DNA of 64,000 nucleotides from Octopus vulgaris (GCA_951406725.2 OX597824.1:36270001-36334000), one strand, 5' to 3'; positions 40,456 to 52,884 are shown, counted from the stretch's first letter. Notes: generated by a model from the sequence alone, not told the origin. Numbers and translations: made by a program.

Positions 40456-41019
40456 TATATTGAGATTTTCACTTTTGTGTTTTATGGAAATAGAGTTTGT
40501 GGGGGGTGTGTTTATAAATATTTGTTCAGTTCTCTTTCAAACATGGGGATCTTATGATGTATTATTTTAGGCCCCTGGATATATGTGAAAGTGGGGTATT
40601 ATAAACAAGTGTGTATATTCATGTATAAAGAAAAACAAATATGTTTTTAAAAAATTAAAAAATTAAAAATTAAAAAAAAGAAATGAAAGAAAAAATTAAA
40701 AAGGATTACGAAAGAAAGGGTTCTTCCAACTTGCTTGTATACAAATATATATTTTTTATGTGTGTGTATGAAGGATTGTGAACTTATATTGGAGAATTTT
40801 TTCGTGAGGACTTTGCTTGGGAATATGGGAAACATTAAGAAAATTTTTAGAATGTTTGTCTAGTGCAAAGATGTGAAAGTATCTTTTTATGTATGTTATG
40901 AGGATAGTTTATGATGTAGGGGGAGGGGGAGGAGTTGGTGAGTTATTAACATGTTTAGCCATTAGAAAAAATTATTGGTTTGAAATGTTTTATTGCTTTT
41001 AAGATTTTGTGCTTGCATG

Positions 41020-41490
41020 AAAAGACCAGCGCCATGTCTTCATACCCTTAATTGCTTTATCTACCAAGGTACTGTCAATTCAGATAGCTGGTCTCTCGGT
41101 TGAGTTGACATTCGACAGACTCTCTTTCTCCCATTCATTCTCTTCATTTAGCAAAACTTTCATAGTGGCATCTCCAAGTCTCTCTCCTTGTAGCCTCATT
41201 AAATGTAGGTGAGCCATCATCCATGTGGATACATTTCTCTCTTATGACATCATGATTCTCTCTCACACACTGTCTTGCAACATGAAATACTTCAAGTCTT
41301 TGGTCCTCACAATGTAGAACATTGGCAAAGTTTTCCTTATCTGCTTCCCCTCTAGCTAAGTAAACCTGTCTCCTAGCTTCCCTTCTGGGAATCTGATACA
41401 ATTCTCTGCTACCATCGTTCTTCCAGTCCCTCCATGCCTGTTTCTCTTCCATAATGGCCTTGTCAACTATATTGTTCCACCGACATGTTA
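41020..41490 (-). mobile_element. RTE LINE fragment
   Basis: WNNIVDKAIMEEKQAWRDWKN...ETWRCHYESF (EN-RT linker). Confidence 0.7.
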
Positions 41491-41870
41491 CCATCTTACT
41501 AACAATAACTCTGAACACCTTTTCAAACTCCACCTGTCTAACACCCGAGGACATGTTTACAAAGTCAGAAAATAGCACAGCTCCCATGACTTTTGGAAAC
41601 ATTTTTCATGCTAAGAGTTGCTGAAGTATGGAACAAACTGCCGGCATCAGTTGTTAATTGTTGGAGCACTGCATCCTTCAAAACTTTCATGTTTCCTGAG
41701 ATTCGCCAACACTACACCTGATTTTCTCCCCTCCATACACACGCAAGCATGTATCTAACTCATACACTGTTCACATCCCAGACATTTGTATATTACTGCA
41801 TATGCTTTATATGCACTTTTGACAAGTTGTACTGCACCTGAGCACTGTATACAATAATTTCATTATTATT

Positions 41871-42261
41871 ATTAACTGTTACAGAAGATAAAGATGGACA
41901 TTTGACTGGTGATGCAACAGGACACTTATTCAAGGAATTGAAGATGATATTACAAATGTAAAACCAAGGCTTTCCAAATCAGATGTCTTTGATATTGCTT
42001 TTAAAGCAGAGGGAGATGAGATTTACGCAAATAGTATCGAACCAGAATATGAAATTATGATTTTCATGGATGAAAATGACAAACCTCGATTAGTATACGA
42101 TATTAATTATCGAATACAAAATGAAAAAGTTATTAAATGGCCTACGTTTGTTATTGATGGTAACACTGGAGAAATACTGTTAAAATATAACAATTTAGAT
42201 ACAATTTCCACAGTACTGACCGGTTCCAGCGGTAATGAAAAATCAGGAATATACAAATTTA
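41871..42261 (+). pseudogene. Truncated M4 protease exon-2 fragment (paralog 1)
   Basis: Nearly identical to about 49242-49632; 1-bp deletion near 41922; cut 5' by a CR1 tail and 3' by a junction into the next promoter. Confidence 0.9.
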
Positions 42262-42281
42262 CACCCTGTCGTACGCACCCA

Positions 42282-42624
42282 TAACCTATTAAGATTGCTT
42301 CTAATTTTTATTGAATGGATTCTGTAGCTTTAGCAATAAGAATGAACGAGAAAAAATAATTAAATAAAAAATACCTCATTATTTCACCTTAAATGTCAGG
42401 TAGCAATTTAGAAATAATAGGGACTAAATTAACCTATTTTCAATATACGTGACAAAAACAATTATTTGGCGTTCCTTTCCGTTTGTAAACTAACGAGGGT
42501 ACTGAGAGAGTGGGTGTTCCACATAATAGTCGTGCTCATAATATAAATAAGGGTAAGAAAGGACCAGTTTAAAACTTGAGCTGGTTTTTGGAAAGAGCAT
42601 AATATTTGTGAATATTTTGCAATC
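42282..42624 (+). promoter_or_regulatory. Promoter/5'UTR of the M4 protease gene; TATAAA at 42542-42547
   Basis: Conserved in three copies at the same 82-83 bp distance upstream of the start codon position. Confidence 0.75.
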
Positions 42625-42676
42625 ATGAGGAATTTGATGTTTATATTATTTTATTCCTGGTATCTTCTATTTGGCA
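42625..42676 (+). CDS. M4 protease exon 1 (signal peptide MRNLMFILFYSWYLLFG + phase-1 A)
   Basis: gcaatcATG...GGC A|gtaagt; the phase-1 donor fits the acceptor at 48988|GT. Confidence 0.85.
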
Positions 42677-42789
42677 GTAAGTATATTTTCAAGAACTTAT
42701 CATTGTTTAAATTTACATATATTTTATCTTTATGTTTTCTTATGATGACAAATGACACATTTTCTATATGAAACATTTTATAGAATCCA

Positions 42790-43450
42790 ATCTGGCATGG
42801 GTTTGATCGTTTGACCAAGGCTGGTCAGCTGAAGACCTACCAAGTCTCCAAGTCTGTTTTGGCATGGTTTCTATGGCTCGATGCCCCTCCTAATACTAAC
42901 TAACGTACAAAGTGTATTGTGTGCTCTTACACAGCAGCCATTTGGCACTAGTATGGGTGCTTTTTATGTAGCACTCGCACGCACTAGCTTGCAAGATTAT
43001 GAATACCTAGCTGAAGAAGGATGCAGGGGACACACCTGTAGGCAAGGACGACTGCGTATTTACTTGGCTTAATGTGTCTTCTCAAGCACAGCAAACTGCT
43101 AGAAGTCTTGGTTCCCAGTCATCCCCTCTGTGAGGCCAAACATTTGAAGATCCTGTCTCACTACTCCGTCTCAAGTCTTCCTGAGTCAACCTTTTCCACG
43201 CATTCCCTCCGCAATTAGAGCTCGGCAGTTTTTGATTAATTCATACACATTACATGACTGCACCAGCGCAGTCTTCTCTCTTGCACACTACATGAGATGC
43301 CTCATATACCCAGTTTTTCTCTCAAATCACTTACACCCTGTTGTATATGCACACTGACATTACCCATCTAGCAGAGCATATTTGCTTCATTTCTTTCAAG
43401 CCTTCACATGCTCTTAGTAGTCACAGCCCATGTTTCACTATCATGCGGCG
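42790..43450 (-). mobile_element. RTE LINE 3' fragment (intronic)
   Basis: RTE tail plus decayed RLRWxGHV-type coding. Confidence 0.6.
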
Positions 43451-43984
43451 TTGCTGTTTGTACACAGACATCATAAATACCTATTTCTTTACTACCCACA
43501 AAACTAAACACAGAGAGGACAAACAGGGACAGACAAACGGATTAAGTCGATTATATCGACCCCAGTGCGTAATTGGTACTTATTTAATCGACCCCGAAAG
43601 GATGAAAGGCAAAGTGGACCTCGGTGGAATTTGAACTCAGAACATAAAGACAGACGAAATGCGGCTAACGTTTCTGTCAGCTCGCCGCCTTAAAGTATTT
43701 AAGTAGTGCCTCTGTAGTGCCATGAAACTAACGGTTTCTGTGTGTCCTTGAATGGCTTACAAACGTCTATGTTGCAATTGTTTTTATGTCAGCACACGAT
43801 CTCATATCAAGTCACTTGCTATACAAGTAAATCTCCGTAATTCTTAAAAATCACTGTGGATAAATGCCAGTAATGACCTTCTCAGGCTCTCCAATTTTTT
43901 TCGTTTCTAAACAGAAACAATCGGGGCCAGGGAGCGAGGTTGCAAAAAATTCATAATTTCTCAAATTTTCTTTTTTATAGCATA

Positions 43985-46305
43985 CTAGCATTATGACCCG
44001 TCGTTGCCGGATCATAGTGCTAGTGCATGTATATATGTGTACATATTACATGTACATCTATATATATATATATATACATCTACTCATAAAATACAAAATA
44101 CAAAGTTATATCTTGATATCGCTAGTGATAACAATACTCAAAATATATAACAGACTGGAATTGTAGGCCCATCTCTTGCAATTTCGATCAATAGTATTTT
44201 GTCCTCCTCTTGTATAGAAGTGTGGCTACAATCCAGCCTACCTCTACTTCTGGGGGGACATTTTAAATTTTTATCCGGGACGTCCTACGTCCCAGATATA
44301 AAGGTGAAAATAACATATTTCCACTTTGCAAGGTTCAAGTCGAGTACTCCCTTGCACGCTCCGTTGACTCGAACCTTGCTTCTATTGTGGCGAATTTACT
44401 GCCTCTGGTTAGATATCTTTCATAGTCGCACCAAGACACTTTTCGATGGTGCTTTCCTCCAGGTATTCAAATCTTTTTTTTTTATCTACATTGTATACTT
44501 AATAGACAATAGTCTTTTCTTTAATTTAATTTTTTAATTTCGTTTGGTGGTGTTATCCTAGATTCACCGTCTTTGTCGGTGATCAATCCGAAATAGGTTT
44601 GTATTTCTTCCATTTTAATTTTAATGAGTTCGCGCCCGCCGACGGCTGCAGCGAAATTCATTTTTGGACTTTCTTCTATCGAAGGCATTCTAACAAAAAT
44701 GCTTCCGTGTAAACGGTGAAAATATTGTCAATTTCCCCAAACAGGGACACAATTCAATTTTTAAACAATAACCAAAGCTCCTTCTCCCAAAGGGGGAGGG
44801 TTACAGTTTACAATTATTTAACAAATGCAACACAACAACGTTTCCCTTACGAGGAACCAACAAACGTGATAACAATAGTTAAACAGTAATATTAATAACA
44901 ACAAGCCTTACGGTGAATCAAACAGCAGTACGCAGTTGAAGCTATAGTCCTTTATGTATAATATTCCATTTCTGCACGCTAATTTTATTTTTAATTTATT
45001 CCCATTCATGTGAAACCACTTATTCAAGTTCAAGTCATTGATGCAATTTTATACCAATTGCTATTTTTACTTTTGTTATGATACGATTATATTATACTTT
45101 AGTTTGATTTTAATTATTACTTACAACATATAATTCAATTGTTATTATTATCTCTAATTTTTATTGTTAAAGTGAAAGTATCTGACATAAAATAGAGAAA
45201 TGTTTTTGTTTCACTTTTAACACGTAATACTGAAATAGTGGAGAAGATATGATATTGCAATGGGCTCGCTCTAGGCAAGAAGTTGAACATTTTTTTTGCC
45301 CATGAAACTACATGAACCCTAAGTAAGGCATGTATAAAATTTGAATGAAATTGGTTGTGTAGTTCTGAAGTTTTAGGGAATCGTAGTGGAGAAGATATGA
45401 TATTGCTGTGGGCTTGCCCTAGGCAAAAAGTTAAACATTTTTTGCCGATGACACTCCCTGGACCCTAAGTAAGACATGTGTAAAATTTGAATGAAATTGG
45501 TTGTGTAGTTTTCAAGTTTTAGGGAATCGTAGTGGAGAAGATATGATATTGCTGTGGGCTCGCCCTAGGCAAAAAGTTAAACATTTTTTGCCGATGACAC
45601 TCCCTGGACCCTAAGTAAGACATGTGTAAAATTTGAATGAAATTGGTTGTGTAGTTCTCAAGTTTTAGGGAATCGTAGTGGAGAAGATATGATATTGCTG
45701 TGGGCTCGCCCTAGGCAAAAAGTTAAACATTTTTTGCCGATGACACTCCCTGGACCCTAAGTAAGACATGTGTAAAATTTGAATGAAATTGGTTGTGTAG
45801 TTCTGAAGTTTTAGGGAATCGTAGTGGAGAAGATATGATATTGCTGTGGGCTCGCCCTAGGCAAAAAGTTAAACATTTTTTGCCGATGACACTCCCTGGA
45901 CCCTAAGTAAGGCATGTGTAAAATTTGAATGAAATTGGTTGTGTAGTTCTGAAGTTTTAGGGAATCGTAGTGGAGAAGATATGATATTGCTGTGGGCTCG
46001 CCCTAGGCAAAAAGTTAAACATTTTTTGCCGATGACACTCCCTGGACCCTAAGTAAGGCATGTGTAAAATTTGAATGAAATTGGTTGTGTAGTTCTGAAG
46101 TTTTAGGGAATCGTAGTGGAGAAGATATGATATTGCTGTGGGCTCGCCCTAGGCAAAAAGTTAAACATTTTTTGCCGATGACACTCCCTGGACCCTAAGT
46201 AAGACATGTGTAAAATTTGAATGAAATTGGTTGTGTAGTTTTCAAGTTTTAGGGAAACACACAGACAGACAAACACACATTCTCAGTTTTATATATATAG
46301 AGAGA
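43985..46305 (-). mobile_element. Non-autonomous Helitron containing a tandem array (in intron 1 of the M4 gene)
   Basis: Minus strand A|TCtctctatatatataaaactgag...(CTGT)n 5' end and hairpin + CTAG|T 3' end (hairpin 43984-44024); no TSD. Confidence 0.75.
45236..46256. repeat. Tandem repeat, 146-bp unit x 7
   Basis: cgtagtggagaagatatg recurs at 45382, 45528, 45674, 45820, 45966, 46112; the first unit is diverged. Confidence 0.95.
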
Positions 46306-47059
46306 TAAATGTATTTATGGGGAAAATATTGAAAAACAATACATGCGAGAGTGATAAAGAAACGAGGAAGGTTGTCTTTGGATATGCTAGAAACAACATC
46401 CAAATCGCCCTTAAATCACTCAATTTTTTTCCTTGAAAATATTAACAATTAAAAAAAAAAAAAAAAATTACCCTAAATACTCTTCCCATAGTTTTGAAGT
46501 GTAAAAAAAACTGGCGGAAATAGGTTCGGAGTGGGATGATGGAGGAAGAAATATATAAAAAAAGAGTTTACAAAACTTTTTTCATACAAAGATGCCTCCC
46601 CACCCCATCATTTCGAAAGCTGTGGTTTCAAAAAGAATGAGGAAAAGCCCTGAAAAAAATTTCCCCACAAATTTCTTTATAATCCTAATCTATGCCGTTT
46701 GAAAGGGAGTTGTATAAATTTTCATTAAAAGATACCCATCTTCCTGAAAGTTATGAGGGAAAAAAGTCAGATTGTGTGAATTTTCCAAAACTCCTCTCTC
46801 CACCCCATCCAAAAAATTCTTTCTCAAAAATTCCTATATACTCTGAAGCTACAACATCTAAGAGGTATTTGCAGAAAATTTTGTCAAAAAGTATCCATTT
46901 TTGTACATTGAGCTCTCTAAGAGGAAGATGCAAATTCCGCAGTTAGGGCGGTTGCACATTTTGACTAGTGGGGTTGTATTTTTGATGGGTAATTTGCTTT
47001 TAATAATCCTATATGTTTCCAGTGTCTTTTTCATTCGCAGGTCCTTCTTAGGGATCTTT

Positions 47060-47430
47060 CACTCACTTTTCAAAAATTTACTTACCTCAATAAAATTCAC
47101 TATGAAACGACACACAAAGGAGTTATCATTTTTAGACATGCTTCTAATTAAAGAAGATAACACCATAAAAACAGCCCTTTTCTGCAGACCCTCTGACACA
47201 CACCAGTATTTGAACATTCATTGCTCCCATCCCTCACATACCAAAAGAAACATACCCTTTAATATGGCAAAACGAATTTGCACTATAGTAATAGATGCAG
47301 AATTAAGGGATAGAAGATTACAAGAATTAAAAGTATTTCTAAAAGGGCAAAAATATCCCACTAGATTAATTGACACAGTAGTCACGAAAGCAGAAGGCAT
47401 CTCAACTACAGACACAGAGGAAAACAAACA
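47060..47430 (+). mobile_element. Penelope RT C-terminal fragment
   Basis: IKFTMK..ELSFLDMLL...RPSDTHQYL...SHPSHTKRNIPFNMAKRICTI. Confidence 0.8.
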
Positions 47431-47486
47431 CAAAAATATAAAAAAATGCATGTATGTGTATTTATGTGTGCATATGTATGGATGTA

Positions 47487-47520
<34 letters not shown>

Positions 47521-48620
47521 CAAGGTGTGGTGAATAAATCGTCGTCTACATTACGCAAATATGAAAATAATGCTGACCTCTCATTTTAACAGATACATTT
47601 ACCAAAATTACATAAAAAATATCTTGAAATACTAAAATGTAAATTTATTCAATAAAATCGCCATTGGTTTCAACCACGACTTCCAGACAACTCCGGAATC
47701 TACTGCAGCTCTTCAGGACGATCTCCTTGCTTAAGCTGGTGAATGCTGCCATAATCTTTGCCGTCAGATCATCTTTAGTGTTACAAGGAGTTTTGTTGGT
47801 CTCTCAACTGCGCCCCACACAATAATCAAGAGGATCGCATTCTGGGAGTTAGGTGGCCAGATGTTAGGGGTGATGTGGTCCCAGAAATTGTCTGACAACT
47901 ATGATTTGGTTCTCCTGCTTGTGTGACAAGATGCAGAGTCCTGTTGCCAGACATAGGGTCATCCAGCAGCCACTCTCTTGACCCAGGGCAACGCTAACAC
48001 TTCCAAGCACTTGTTGTAGGCTTCCGTGTTGAGTCTGAGGCCTCGTGGGAAGATGAATGGAGGCATAACGTCGCTATGACTAGTGATCACTCCAAACATC
48101 ATGATGTTGACGGGATGTTTAATTTTTATCACTCTCGGTACATGTTTTGGGGACACAGCAAGCCAATGGTGGTTCTGTGTGTTCACCATCTAATCCTGGC
48201 AGAATTTTTACTCGCCTGGGAAAAACCAAAGCATGTTCAGTTAGAGGGGAGTTTGTTCAAAAGATCTGTAGTTCAGTCTTTCCTCTTGTCTTTGATGGCT
48301 TGAGATTAAAATTGGACGTTTCTCATCTTGCATGAGGAATACCGAATGTCTTGAAGTACTACCTGCTTGATAAGAAACTCAAACACTTTCATGTCCCTGG
48401 CGATCGACCTGATTGACTTGGAGGAATCGTTATCAATCATGGCCTGGATCTCACCAACAATTTCAGGAGTTCTTTTCTTATCAGATCAGAGTGAGTTTTC
48501 GGAACTGACGTAACTTCGTAATTACAATTGGACTCATCCAACTCTTTCCGAATCTTCTGCACTGTCCTCAGATTGACACTCAATCGATCTGAAATGTTTG
48601 TATTGAGATTTCTGGTTTGA
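47521..48620 (-). mobile_element. Tc1/mariner-superfamily (DD37D/maT-like) transposase pseudogene
   Basis: TA|caaggtg end; KHPVNIMMFGVITSHSDVMPPFIF, VWQQDSA.CHTS, WPPNS..NPLDY motifs. Confidence 0.75.
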
Positions 48621-48988
48621 ATGCTATGCTTGTTGTTTTACTAAAAGGTCACTCGCAACCATTCACTTAAAAGTTATTCATTCCGTCTAACAAATCACCT
48701 CCCTATTTCACCAAACACTAAATTAACTGCAAAAACCCATTGAATTTCTTTTTGGATGAATTTCTTGATACTGATGTATTTCTTCAATGAGCTATATATT
48801 TTAAACTATAAGTTCATATTTGTATTAATGTGAATTGTTAATTAATTACAATTTTTAAAAAATAAATTAGGCCTGCCCCAGATGTTTATTTACTATGTAT
48901 TAATGTATTGTCAAAAAATTAGTGTCCGTCTTAAAGAAAAAATCCTAATGGTTCTGTTATTAATAATTGTAATGTTTTCATTATTTAG

Positions 48989-50847
48989 GTTTGTTACTGA
49001 TAAAGACATCTGATGCAGCTTATCGTGTTGATGCTCATGAAAGAGCAAGGAGGATGGTTTATCATCCCTCAGCTCCGTTTCAGAGGCGTCATTTAGATAA
49101 AGCTAAAGTAACAGTCAGAGATCTTCTTGGTTTGAAGGAGTATGAAGAAGTTGAAGAGTCAAACCGTATCAAAACAGTTGAAGGCACAGAAGTTTTACGC
49201 TTACAAGAGAAGTTCTTAGGTGTTCCTGTTTTTGATGCTTCATTAACTGTTACAGAAGATAAAGATGGACATTTGACTGGTGATGCAACAGGAACATTTA
49301 TTCAAGGAATTGAAGATGATATTACAAATGTGAAACCAAAGCTTTCCAAATCAGATGTCTTTGATATTGCTTTTAAAGCAGAGGGAGATGAGATTTACGC
49401 AAATAGTATCGAACCAGAATATGAAATTATGATTTTCATGGATGAAAATGACAAACCTCGATTAGTATACGATATAAATTATAGAATAGAAAATGAAGTA
49501 GTTATTAAACGGCCTACATTTGTCATTGATGGTAACACTGGAGAAATACTGTTGAAATATAACAATTTAGATACAATTTCCAGAGTACTGACTGGTTCCG
49601 GCGGTAATGAAAAATCAGGAATATACAAATTTAGTGACAAAAATCACAAAGCTTTTGTAACTCAAATTGGTGACATGTGTTTCCTGGAAAATAATTATGT
49701 AAAGGTTATAGACATGCAAAACAGTATTGGGAGAGTCTCTAATTATACAGATCCTATGTATTATCTTTGTGACGTTGGTTTTAATGACAGTGTCAATGCA
49801 GCGATATCTCCAGCACTTGATGCTTTCTATTACGGCAGTGTAGTATCTCAGATGTTTCAGGAATGGTATAATACTTCAATACTAAACGAACAAGCTATAT
49901 TGCGTGTTCATTATGGGAAAAATTATGAAGAGGCATTTTGGGATGGGAAACATTGCACATTTGGTGATGGCTATAAATACTTTTATCCTTTAACAGATGC
50001 TGATGTTGTTGCACATGAATTTGCTCATGGCTTCACAGAACAACACTCTGGATTGATTTACTTGAATCAGTCTGGATCTATGAATGAGGCTTTTTCTGAT
50101 ATTACAGGAGAAGTTACTGAAAATTATATAGATAAAAATGACTGGTTAATTGGCTTCAACCTCCTGAAACATAAGGAAGCATTGAGATTTATGGCAGATC
50201 CATCCCTGGACAATATATCGATAAGTCATGTAGATAACTTCACTGAAAACACGGATCCTCATCATGGTAGTGGGATTTATAATTTTATTTTTTACTACAT
50301 TGTACACGAATTAAAAATGGATATCATGGAAGCTTATCGAGTTTTCCTTATTGCCAATGAAATATATTGGCATCATTATACAGATTTCACTTCAGGGGCT
50401 TGTGATTTGTTGAAGGTTGCCTATGATCTTGGAAAAGATCTAACCCCCTTTATTAAAGCCTTTGAACTTGTAGGAATTAAACCATGTGATGTAGAAAAAC
50501 ATATTCGAGGATTGACATTTAACAAAACAGTCTCAGGTATCACAGTGTCAGTTAAAACAAACCCAGTCTTTGATTTTGTTTATCCAAGCTGGGCTGGGAA
50601 TATTACAATTACTGCCACTAGTATGTGTGGCAAAGTTCATATTAAGGTATCAAAGAGCAATATGCTAACAGAGGAAGAAGGTTCAGATGGTTCAGATCCA
50701 GTTACATTATTAGCTGAAGGCACATCAGAATTGAATTTGGGGAAGCCTGAAGGACATAAGTTCTTTGTCAAATTATCTCCAGAATCTAGCGAAAATTTAA
50801 AAAATGTTAGTGTACGTGTTTCTTATGGGTTGGATAGAGCCATATGA
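48989..50847 (+). CDS. M4 (thermolysin/LasB/vibriolysin-like) zinc metalloprotease, exon 2; spliced preproprotein 636 aa
   Basis: ttttcattatttag|GT acceptor; FTP and PepSY propeptide; mature GSGGNEKSGIY start; HEFAH (50014-50028), NEAFSD third Zn ligand, DPHHGSG; PPC-like C-terminal domain; open frame with no stops. Confidence 0.95.
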
Positions 50848-50951
50848 TTCACACGTGGATGTGTAATGAGAATTTCGTGTTTTAAAAATATAATCGGATA
50901 TTTATATACCAGTTTCTATAAATAATATGTTCCTTAATTTACAATTTAATT

Positions 50952-51047
50952 AATAAATATTTCATAATTGCTTGCATTTGCAGATAATTGTAAGTTTACA
51001 TTTTTTCGGTTGCTCAGTAGGTAACACAAATTGAAAATTGTAATAAA
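50952..51047 (+). terminator. Candidate poly(A) signals AATAAA (50952-50957, 51042-51047)
   Basis: AATAAA 105 and 195 nt after the stop; the first is conserved in the paralog remnant near 51465. Confidence 0.55.
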
Positions 51048-51164
51048 CATAATTTGTATCTTTATTTCATTAAAATATTGTTATTTTCTCATCTTGCATC
51101 AAATGTAAAATTATAAGTAACAAATTCACATATTTATCCAAGTTGACATTTTTGAAATTTAACT

Positions 51165-51620
51165 AAAGGTACATCAGTACTGAATTTCGGAAAGCTGGAA
51201 GGACATAAAGTTTTTGTCAAATTCCCTCTAGAATGAATATGTAGAAAATGTTTTTATCAAATCCCCCCAGATAGTGAATATTTAGAAAATGTCAGTGTAC
51301 ATGTTACTTATGGTTGTGATCCATATTTTGTTCCTGAGATATATGAAGAATATTGAGTTCATAGAATGATGTGTGATGAAGTTTATGAGTATCAAAATTA
51401 TAACCAAATGTTCAACTACTGGTTTCAATAATGAATACTATGGTCATTAATTTATAAGTTAATCAATAAATATTTCCTTATTGCTTGCATTTTCAGACAG
51501 CTATGATCTTACTTTCCTGTGAATGTTTAGTAAAAAAAAAAAAAAGAAAATTTTGTGAATTGCAAAAATTCCATTAGAATACTGTTATTTTTGAAATTCT
51601 TAAATTATTTCCTTTAACAA
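51165..51620 (+). pseudogene. 3'-end remnant of another M4 paralog (C-terminal domain + 3'UTR)
   Basis: ggtacatcagtactgaatttcggaaagctggaaggacataaagtttttgtcaaa and aataaatatttccttattgcttgcatttt match 50718-50990. Confidence 0.8.
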
Positions 51621-51956
51621 GTTCACATTTTAATAATTTTTCAAGACCATTTAACAATCCTTCGAAGTGCAGAACACCACAGTGGTGACTTGAGAAGCCT
51701 GTGGTACAAAATATAAAAAAATAAAATAGTCAAGATGGCTTTATGAAACAGCGCTTAAAAGGCTTTTCTTTCTACTGACCTATGACATTTGCGATAGTTG
51801 CAGAGTTTTTACAAATCTGTCACGCTCCCTCTATGCATATGTATATATTTATATATATGTATATATGGAGGCGATGAGAGTGTGTTTCTGTGTGTATACA
51901 TACATATATGCATGCATACATACATGCATCCATACATGCATGCATACATACATACA

Positions 51957-51987
<31 letters not shown>

Positions 51988-52884
51988 GCTTGTTACGTAT
52001 GTTTCCCAGCTAGATGAGCCTCTTGATGTAATAGTTAAGCAATGAATATTGCTAAATATAGCTAATCATCAGGCTGAGATTACTTCAATAAAATGGAGGT
52101 TACACTGTCACTTCGAATTTTCAAGTCCACAACACCACAAATAATACAAAATATTAAAAAAATAAACAGGTCGAGAAATATGTCAAGAGAATCAACGGGG
52201 GATAAACAAAGTCTGAGACACAAAATGTGCAACTGACATTGTACTTTAGAGTTAAGGAGTAGGAAGAAAACGAGAGAGAATGGAAGAAAGGAGAAAGAGA
52301 AAAGAGAAAATAAGTTACTGATATGGGGAAAAATTGCGGCCATAAACTTCAATAAGTAAGAGATGTGACGACAGATTTTCCTGGCTACTGACATCATGTC
52401 GTCCGATTTAGTAATAGCTAAGGGGTGGCGGTCGGTCTGCAGAAATACAAGGCACCTGTACAAGCGGCCTGCCCATCTACATACCTATTTCTTTATTACC
52501 CACAAGGGGTTAAACATAGAGGGGACAAACAAGGCCAGACTTACGTATTAATTCGATTACATCGACCCCAGTGTGTAACTGGTACTTATTTAATCGACCC
52601 CAAAAGGATGAAAGGCAAAGTCGACCTCGGCGGAATTTGAACTCAGAACGTAGCGGCAGACGAAATACTGCTAAGCATTTCACCCGGCGTGCTAACGTTT
52701 CTGCCAGCTCGCCGCCCTATGCCCATCTACATACCGACGCACCTATGCAAATGCACGCACGTACGCACCCTCCACACAAATATATATATATATATTTATG
52801 TATACCTAATATATAAAATCTGTTCTGTCTGTCTGTGCGAACTCTAGTGTTGTTCATCCGAACGCGCTGAAATTTTAAACATCA

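Noticed and set aside
45236-46256. CRISPR-like array
   Set aside because: Units repeat over their whole length with no unique spacers, there are no cas genes and the context is eukaryotic
48991-50847. Bacterial contamination, or a TTG-initiated single-exon gene
   Set aside because: A canonical acceptor precedes the ORF, a phase-compatible signal exon lies upstream, paralog debris is interleaved with host repeats, and there is no operon context or RBS
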